A DNA stretch of 18,086 nucleotides from Calditrichia bacterium (GTDB taxonomy: Bacteria; Calditrichota; Calditrichia; JAJRVZ01). Below are positions 10,314 through 18,086 of the stretch, piece by piece (within the stretch, counting starts at the first letter, position 1; each line of letters starts with the position of its first letter). Made by a program: the position numbers and the translations under genes. The stretch covers positions 1-18,086 of the forward strand of contig CAVZSQ010000007.1 of NCBI GenBank assembly GCA_963777955.1. Reading direction: 5' to 3'. The notes below the pieces were generated by a model. That model was not told the DNA's origin and did no database searches. It was given only the letters and a program-made list of their open reading frames with translations.

Positions 10314-13259
10314 TTATCTGGTGATTCTAAGACCCAATTGAACAAAACGCGGAGAACTATAATAATCCGGCCTGGCGAAATATTCATTTAAATCGGAGAT
10401 CTCGATGATCCGGCCTGCCTGAGTGTAACCGGCCAGGGTATAATCAGGTTGACCGCTGTCGGAATAAACATTGCGGGCATTACGGATATCGAACAGATTG
10501 GTAACGTTCAGATATAATTCGGTAATAAAAACTTTCCAATCAAATCGTTTCCCGATTCTCAAATCAACATTATAAGTTAATGGTTTGTATTTACTATTCT
10601 CGCGAAGCCCGACAAAGGTTCCCGAACCGGCAACTTCACCGCGGGCAAAACTGGGGGTATATGGTAAGCCGCTGTTAACCGTACCTATCACCGCGGCTAC
10701 CCAGCCTGTTGAATTATAAGTTATTACTGTATTCAGGGCATGCCGTTGGTCCCAGGCCAGATTGATCAGTTCGAGACGAGGTTCACGTTTGGCAATAGCA
10801 TCATTATAGGCATCCTGTGGATTGGAAGAGGTACCTTTCAGCTGTCATGAAGGTATAATCAACACTCAGGTTCAGATTCTGATGACGGTAAGTTCCGCTG
10901 AGGGTTATCCCTTTGGCTGCAGCATGATCTTTATTTTCATATTGATAATAGGTCACACCGCGATAGGTATCGATCGGTTTGCCGGTTCCGACCCAGTCTC
11001 TGATATCGCGGTAGAAACCAGTCAGGTGCAGATACAGGTTATCCTGCAGTTGCTGCTGCAGCCCGAGTTCATACATGATAGTACGTTCGGCATCCAGATC
11101 GGCATTGCCAACCAGGTTGGTGGCGCCGGCGCCTTCGATCCAGAAATTCGGATTATCATAAAGGAAACTGAATTGCGGATTCTGAAAGAAATGCCCATAT
11201 GAAAAATGGATGACCCCCCGGTCGGTAATTGGGAAAGACAGGCCAAAACGGGGACTGACCTGGTATTTGGCCTCCGGTTTTTTATACCAGAACGTATTAC
11301 GTTCTGCGGTGGTATACTCAACTAATTCACTATCCGGAATTCCTTCGTAATAATTAGTATAAATATGATCAAGTTTAAAAGGCCTGTACAGTTGAGGATC
11401 CTTTGCATCCGCCAGCACCTTCCCATCCGAGTAGAAGTAATCGAAACGCACGCCCAGATTGATGATAAAATCCTGAAATTCGACTTTATCCTGCAGATAG
11501 AAAGCATATTCCTGTGGTTTAGCGCTGTACAAAACATGATAAGGACTGTTTTCACTGGGGGAGAAGAAACTCTGGGTATTATCGTCCCATTGCATATTGT
11601 ACCAGTCATTGGTCAGGTCATGCAAAGTGGCCGATACACCTGATTTAATCTGGTGACGTTTGGTAACCTGGCTGGTTAAATCCAGTTTAAGAGACCAATA
11701 GGCAACATCCGTTTTGCTGCGATCAGTCGGATTACCGGCATAGATAAAATCATAGGGATTGGAAGTAAGACTATAGTTATTATCCGGATCCGGTCCGAAT
11801 ACATACAATTCAAAGTCGCTGCTCTCCGTAGGCATCAGACGATAATCATCAGGATCGGCATACATGTAATTCTTATGATTTTTCTGATAATAACTGCATT
11901 TAAAGTCATAAAAAGTACTTTGCGCCAGAACCTGTTTCAGGGAGAGAATATGAGTCATGGTATGAGTATAGTAATGCTTACCTGCATCGGGTACGTATTT
12001 ATAATTCCAGCCATTACTGCCAAAACTATGGTCATAGTTATAATAGAATCCATAGTTCAAATTTATCTTATCGGTCAATTCAATAAATAATTTTGATTGT
12101 GAAGAGAATCCTTTATACCAATTCAAAGCCACCAGTTCATTATCTGCAGTCTTGAAGTTGCGGGTAGAATCCGCATACGGTGTTCGATAACCCCAGGGCA
12201 TAAAATACCTTCGCCCATACTGATAACCCGGACTATTATTATAACGGGCCGATATAAAATAAGTAATCTTATTATTCAAAAATGACAGGGGCCGGAGATG
12301 TTCAATTGAACATCCGTGGATTTTAAAGGATTATAGGAATTAAGATAAGCTTCCTTTTCAAGGTACTTCTTTTGACCAAAGATTGTTTCATAATCGGATC
12401 CATACTTGCTGAAATCGAAATATCCCGGTTGTCCGCCGGTCATGGCCCGGACAATAAAATTGGCCCACTCAGCATTGCCCATGACCGAATAGACCTTATC
12501 ATCCAGACTGAAATAATCACCCATATAGGCAATAACATTAATCTTGAAATCTTCACTGCCGCGCTTGGTCACGATATTGATCACTCCGGACAGAGCCTGT
12601 CCGTATTCGGCATTAAATGTTCCGGTGATCGTTTTTAATTCTTCGATGGCCTGATCGTCGATATTGATACCGGGCCGGCGATTCAGGGGATCAATAATCT
12701 GCACACCATCCACCAGGTATGAAATTTCGGTCGTGCGGCCGCCGCGAATATGAATGTCACCCCCGGCATCCCTGATCACACCAGCCTGCAAACTCACTAT
12801 ATCGTTGATCCCGCGAACGGGCAGCATCTCGATTTTATCGGTGCTGAAACTTGTCTCAGAAGCGGTCAGGTCTTTCTGAATGGCATCGCGATTGGCTGAA
12901 ACCACCACCACGTCGTTCGATTCCAGGATCTGCTGTTTTAAGGTGGCATCCACCCGCGTGGTCAGATCCGCGCTGACCCTTACATCTTTGACTGCAATGG
13001 TCTGATACCCTATAAACATGAAGCGGACCTGGTAATTGCCCGGCGGGATATTGATAATATAATATTCTCCGGTTATATCGGTCATGCCACCTAGTTGCGT
13101 ACCTTCAATCAGTACATTGGTTCCGACTAAAGGTTCACCCTTTTCATCTACAACAATACCGGCAATCTTCCCGGTGGTTCCGGCCCGGGACAAACCATTG
13201 TAGAACAAGATAATAAGTAAAATTATCAGTACATCTTTCAAGATGGAATGAATTCGCAT
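10314..13259 (-). CDS. TonB-dependent outer-membrane receptor with N-terminal carboxypeptidase-regulatory-like domain (~980 aa, non-SusC type); split by 2 frameshifts (~12289, ~10837)
   Basis: Joins ORFs 12276..13259, 10804..12279 and 10314..10691. The junctions read NISGP/LSFLNNKITYF and FMTAE/GTSSNPQDAYND...WDQRHALN. Motifs: GTTGKIAGIVVDEKGEPLVGTNV, plug HIRGGR.TEISYLVDG and GTFNAEYGQALSGVINIVTKRG, barrel NLGVRFDYF, SPRFGLSFPI, GNADLDAERT, NLFD. SD AAGGGAGG. Confidence 0.92.
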
Positions 13260-13351
13260 GAATCCTCCCTTAATATGCAGAATTTTGAATACCTTTTAAA
13301 TGCAGTCGTTAAGTATCTGAGATTGATGTTATATAAGCGAAAGTAATACTC

Positions 13352-13415
13352 TTCGGTCTTGTTGAAGGTATTGTCAAAGGTATTTTCGAAGGTATTTTCG
13401 AATGTTTCGAAAACA
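13352..13415. repeat. Tandem 12-bp repeats (GAAGGTATTTTC consensus) in the receptor leader; candidate repressor operator
   Basis: GAAGGTATTGTC (13364), AAAGGTATTTTC (13376) and GAAGGTATTTTC (13388), with degenerate flanks TTCGGTCTTGTT and GAATGTTTCGAAAACA. TTCGAA palindromes occur at 13385, 13397 and 13406. Confidence 0.7.
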
Positions 13416-13473
13416 ACTGCGATAATTTTCGTAAAATCCCCGCTCGATATATATTTGAAAAATATTATGCCCT

Positions 13474-13538
13474 AATATAACAACAACAATCAAATCAACT
13501 CTAACACCTGCGTCTCAAAATTTGCCACGGATGTTGCA
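13474..13538 (-). promoter_or_regulatory. Putative HTCS(AraC)-activated promoter: 21-bp-spaced direct repeat next to a weak -35 and an extended -10
   Basis: Minus strand TGCAACATCCGTG-N8-TGAGACGCAGGTG gives TGnnACnnnnGTG twice with an exact 21-bp period (13538-13505). It is followed by TGtTATATT (-10 hexamer at 13479-13474). Confidence 0.5.
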
Positions 13539-13686
13539 TACTATATGTAAGATTTTAATAATTAAAGATTTGACTACTTCAGTAAGTTTCCCCCTTTTTT
13601 GAAAAAATATTCTTGAGCTTTATCGAAAAGTGGTTCGCTTAGTTCATAGAATGAACAATTTTCCCTGATTGCAAACTTATCGAAAA

Positions 13687-16600
13687 TCAGGATTTTTCAG
13701 ATGAATGAATCTGCCGGTATTCCCTCGGTTGAATACCAAAATGTTCCTGGAACAGTTTGGCAAAATGCGAGGGATAGTTAAATCCTACTTCATAACAGAT
13801 CTCGGTGATATTTAAGTTTGATTTTTCCAGCAACTGCGCTGCCCGTTTCAGGCGCATGGTCTGAATAAATTCATTGGGTGTCAGGGTGGTAATTACCTTG
13901 ATCTTTCTGAACAACTGGGCCCGGCTTAATCCTATTTTCTGACTGAGAATCTGAACATCAAATTTCTTATCGGCCAGGTTGTCTTCGACAATTTCCATGG
14001 CCTTTTTGATAAACTTTTCATCCGGCGAAGTTATCGGCACCTGATTGGGCATCAGCCAGATCTGCCGGCTGAAACGCTGGCGCATTATTTTCCGTGATTC
14101 CAGCAAATTATGGATCCGGATTTTCAGGATTTCCAGGTTGAACGGTTTGATCAGATAATCATCAGCCCGGGTACCCAGCCCTTCAATCTGCTGTTCTTCA
14201 GTCACACGGGCCGTCAGCAGAAAAACCGGGATATGATTGGTCAGTTCAGTCTCCTTGATTTTACGGCACAGTTCAACCCCATTCAGGCCATGCATCATCA
14301 CATCACTGATGATCAAATCGGGCAGGTATCTTTGCGCCAGTTGCCAGCCTTCATCCCCATGGCGTGCCGTCAAAATTCTGTAATTTGCCATCAACTCTTC
14401 TTTTAAAAAGTCCCGTAGTTCCTGTTCATCTTCTACAATTAACAGCAGAGCAGCATCCTCCTGGCCGGCGGGCAGGTACTCTTCCTGCTGCTCCGGCAAA
14501 CTTAACATACTGGTCTCCATTGCGGAGGGAGTGCCATGCTCACCACCATAGATGGCAATGTCCCCCACCGGTAGAGTTAAACTGAAACAGGCGCCGTGAC
14601 CCAACCGGCTTTCGACCATCAGCCGGCCATTATGTAATTCAATTAATTCCTTGCTCAGCGCTAATCCTATCCCTGAACCTGAGGGATGATTGATGCCGGG
14701 ATGATTGAACTGATAAAAACGGTTAAAGATGGAGTCGAGATGTTCTGCCGGAATACCAGGACCGCTGTCCTGCACTTTTAATTGAATTTCATCATCGCTT
14801 ATTTTCTGCACCAACACGGTTATTTCGCCCCCGACAGGTGTGAATTTGAAGGCATTGGAGAGCAGATTAAATACGACCATATCAATTTTATCCGGATCGA
14901 CCAGAGCCCATTGTTTTGAAAAATCGGATTCAAATTTCAAGGCAATATTTTTATCCACGGCCAGGGGGGTAAATGTATCGACAATACTTTTGACGAATCC
15001 GCTGAAATCTATTTCCTTCTTATTCAATTTCATCTGTCCGAGTTCAATACGGTTGAAATCGATCACCTGATCGACCAGACGCATCATTCGCTCGGCACTT
15101 TTTTTCATCAGACCATACCGCGCCTGTACTTTGCTCCACTCGACGCCCGGTCCTTTCTTCAATAAATCGTTCAAAGGAGTCAGAATCAGCGTCAGGGGCA
15201 TGCGGAACTCGTGGGAAATATTCGTAAAAAAACGGGACTTTAACGCTTCGAGTTCGCTGAGTTTTTCTTTATCCAGTTTCTGACGTTTCAAATCGATACG
15301 CAAATGCATCAATTTTACATAATAGTTGTGCCCAAAATACAGGATCAACAACACAAGTATGATATAGACCAGGTAGGCATACCATGCTTGCCACCAGGGG
15401 GGCAATACTTTTATAAACAGGGTGGCATTATGGTGGCTCCAGTTGCCTTCTTCATCTGTGCAGGTCACATATAAATCGTACTTACCCGGTTGCAGATTAA
15501 AAAAAGTTGCCGACCTGCTCGAACCCACTTCCATCCAGTTTTCGTGATATCCTTTCAGTAAATAACGGTAACGGATTTTTTCAGGCAGAAAGAATTCCAA
15601 CGCTGAAAAATCGACGGACAATACCCTGGCTTGTTCGGCAGTAAGGGTAATCTGGCCATGGACAGGAATAGCACTGGAAATTGTTGTCTGGGTCAGATCC
15701 GGTTGCTGCCTGGCGCTGTAATAATGTATCCGGTTAATAAAAATTGGCGGAGCGGCATGCGACCTTTTTACCGCGGCCGGCAGGAATATATCAAAACCAT
15801 CCGTGCTGCCGAAAATTAATTCGCCGCTGGAAAGCCGGTTATAAGCACCCTGGATGAATTTATTCCCGCGCAGGCCATTATGCACCGTAAATACTTTTAA
15901 GGAGTAGTCGCGTGAATCGAAACGAACCAGGCCTTTATTGGTACTGATCCACAGGAAACCTTCACTGTCTTCCAGGATCCCGCAGATAATTTCACCCGGT
16001 AAACCTTCTTTAATCCCGAAGGAAGTAAAAGAATGATTGGAGCTGTCGAAGATATTTAATCCGTCAGCAGTACCGATCCACAGCTTCCCCCGCGTATCTT
16101 CCAGAAAGCAATAGATCCAGTTATTGCTCAGACCATTGGCATTGACACCATTGACGCCATAGTTGACCAGTACTTTACGTTCCCGGTCCAGGACACTGAT
16201 ACCGTTATAGGTGCCGATCCACAGCAGGCCATTTTTATCTTCAAAGACCACTGTACAGAAATTCGTGGCAATCTCGTCCGGGAAGGTCCGGTTGCTTGAA
16301 GTATAGTGCATGTACTGGTTTAGATTTACCGGCAATAAAGCGGAACAATCCGTCACCATTAGTGGCAATCCAGATATCGCCCTGGCGGTCCTCATAAATA
16401 CAGCGCACATCGTCATGTTTGATTTTGATCAAGCCATCCCGCGAGTGCAGGATATGTTTAAATGATTTTGCTTCGCGGTCAAAGATATCAAGTCCTAATA
16501 AAAATCCGCCGATCCACAGCCGTTGGTGACTATCCTCCAGCAGACTCAGTACCGAATTCGAATGCAGGGTACTCTTTTCATCGAAACGGGACAGGTAACT

Positions 16601-17800
16601 CTGAACTTTTCCTGTTTTCCGGTTAAACATATGCAATCCGCCGCCATCAAGGCCCAGCCAGATATTATGATCTCTGTCTTCTTCGATGCAACTCACCGGT
16701 TGATCGGTAAAAGGATTAGGCTGATCGATAATATCCTGGACAATGATAAAAGGATTGCTGCTGACTTTAATCAGGTTCAGTCCTTTGAGTGTTCCAACCC
16801 AGATGTTATCGCTATTTTCTACATAAATTGTCTGGACCGAATTGTTATCCAGGCTGTACTTATCCTGAGCATCATGGCCAATCCGTATAAAATGATGCGA
16901 AGCCTGCCCGGTTTTTAGCAGGTTTAATCCACCGCCATTAGTCCCCACCCATAATTGTTCATTTTGATCAATGGCCAGGCTATAACAATCATTGGCGGAC
17001 AGTGAATAAGGGTTCTGTGGATTATTGCTGAAGACTGTTACCTGGTATGTTTGCGGATCAACCCGGTACAATCCACTGGAAGAGGCTACCCAGATATTAT
17101 CCTGCCGGTCCTGCACCAGGTCAAGAATATGGTTTGAAGGTAATCCGTAGGGCTTGCTGCTCGAAAATCGAAGAATAGATCCGCTGGCTTGTTCATAACA
17201 CAGCAATCCCGCCGAAGTAAATCCAAGCCAGATATTATTTTTGCGGTCCAGGTAGATTTTATTCAATACATCATCATGATCCAGATAATTATCCAACGGT
17301 GGAATAGAGAGGGGTCTGACCAGACTATCGTTGAAATCTACCTGATATATTCTCGATTTTGATAAAACATAGATCCGGCCATCGAAGCCTTCTATTATCT
17401 GATTGCTGGTTATTTGATATCCGGCCTGATCGGGGAAGCGGATAAAGCGGTCTCGCTGGACATCATACAGGTGCAGTCCCAATTGCGTCCCGATCCATAA
17501 GCGGCCCTCCCGATCGACTAAAATATCGCGGACCACATTATCGGAGAGTGATAAAGAGTCTTCCGGGTTACTCAGATAATGGACAAACTCAACGCCGTCA
17601 AACCGGTCCAGACCTGATTCCGAACCAATCCAGATGTAACCGCGTGAGTCTTTAGCGATACAATCGATTTTGCTGCTGGATAATCCCTGTTCAGTTGAGA
17701 AATGTTTGAATATATATTGTGTATCTCTGGCGGGAGCAGAAAAAGAAAAATTAATTAAAAAAATGCTAAATAATATATACAGAATGAACAGCTTAGTCAT
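13687..17800 (-). CDS. Hybrid two-component system sensor kinase/response regulator (beta-propeller Reg_prop repeats, Y_Y_Y, TM, HisKA, HATPase, REC, AraC HTH), ~1370 aa; split by one frameshift (~16326)
   Basis: Joins ORFs 16241..17809 and 13687..16416; the junction reads FIAG/NLNQYMHY. Repeated D..G.IWIGT..GL blades, YRYLLKGY..NW, TM after PPWWQAW, SRFFTNISHEFR, NLLSNAFKFT, DSGPGI, GSGIGLAL, LIISDVMM, DDYLIKPF and AraC-type YEVGFNYPSHFAKLF. Likely start is ATG at 17800 (the track uses TTG at 17809). Confidence 0.95.
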
Positions 17801-17839
17801 AATTCTCAAGTCCTATACCAGGACAATCGTCCCCCGCGA

Positions 17840-17868
17840 ATATTACTAAGCCCGGTTCAGCATGTCAA
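17840..17868 (-). promoter_or_regulatory. Sigma70-type promoter for the HTCS gene
   Basis: Minus strand TTGACA-(17 bp: TGCTGAACCGGGCTTAG)-TAATAT, about 40 bp upstream of the ATG at 17800. Confidence 0.65.
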
Positions 17869-17881
17869 ATATTTTTAAATC

Positions 17882-17928
17882 CCGGTCATCGAGTTCCCCG
17901 ACAGGCCGGGGAGTATCGAGACGACCGG
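17882..17928. repeat. Imperfect palindrome, REP-like element
   Basis: CCGGTC-A-TCGA-G-TTCCCCG-ACAGGC-CGGGGAG-TA-TCGA-GAC-GACCGG forms nested stems with bulges and has no clear U-tract. Confidence 0.5.
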
Positions 17929-17936
17929 TGTTTCTG

Positions 17937-17977
17937 ACCCTCCCCTTAATCCCCTCCCTTATACATAAGGGAGGGGA
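17937..17977. repeat. Perfect 13-bp inverted repeat, REP-like element
   Basis: TCCCCTCCCTTAT-AC-ATAAGGGAGGGGA (17950-17977), preceded by a partial direct copy CCCTCCCCTTAAT. Confidence 0.55.
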
Positions 17978-18086
17978 CACGGGTTTGGTGAGATATCCTT
18001 ATTACCCTGCATCAAAACACAGAGTTATAATTATTCAAGAGTAGTGCCGTACAAGGGAAAAAGTATCCAGAGGATCAGATAATAAG

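Noticed and set aside
1260..11609. Short alternative-frame minus-strand ORFs (1260..1505, 7027..7281, 7648..7842, 8539..8754, 9816..10013, 10199..10387, 11022..11321, 11322..11609)
   Set aside because: They are out-of-frame overlaps within longer genes and do not correspond to the frameshift-bridging segments.
10314..13259. Calling the receptor susC and the neighbouring barrel porV
   Set aside because: The receptor lacks SusC signature motifs and a SusD partner. The barrel is PorV/PorQ family, but orthology to housekeeping porV cannot be shown from sequence alone.
13372..13377. TTGACA on the minus strand within the repeat array as a -35 box
   Set aside because: There is no -10-like hexamer at 16-18 bp spacing (GAAGAG at 17 bp).
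13352..13415. Possible CRISPR array
   Set aside because: The units are 12 bp and contiguous, with no spacers and no cas genes.
1102..16416. Stop-codon reassignment as the explanation for the fragmented genes
   Set aside because: The fragments continue in different frames rather than through in-frame stops, and both TAA and TGA serve as true gene ends.
685..16918. Numerous plus-strand ORFs of 60-218 aa (e.g. 9310..9966, 6767..7291, 1589..2077, 1974..2441)
   Set aside because: All lie antisense to well-supported minus-strand genes and show no recognisable motifs; they are shadow ORFs.
17862..18044. 60-aa plus-strand ORF
   Set aside because: It runs through the two palindromic elements and the promoter, with no SD or protein-like features.

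Overview
This window holds one co-oriented minus-strand carbohydrate-utilisation (PUL-like) locus. In transcription order: hybrid two-component system (HTCS), a ~430-bp regulatory region, a non-SusC TonB-dependent receptor, a PorV/PorQ-family beta-barrel, a ~1200-aa secreted Asp-rich protein with an atypical T9SS-like C-terminal domain, a parvulin-type PPIase lipoprotein, a LacI regulator, a ~845-aa apparently non-catalytic multi-CBM protein with a T9SS/FlgD-Ig tail, an intrinsic terminator, and a DUF5060-type secreted protein that runs off the left edge. Five of the long genes are split in the ORF track by about 9-10 single-base indels, mostly in short homopolymers. These look like long-read or assembly errors, so the genes are reported rejoined. 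Strong Shine-Dalgarno sites and a TTGACA-type promoter point to a non-Bacteroidia FCB lineage (KSB1/Calditrichota/Marinimicrobia/Ignavibacteria-like; inference). The most interesting point is that no SusD is present. The receptor is instead coupled to its own PorV paralog, a T9SS-type cargo and a foldase, which suggests an alternative, T9SS-built glycan-capture apparatus under dual HTCS and LacI control.
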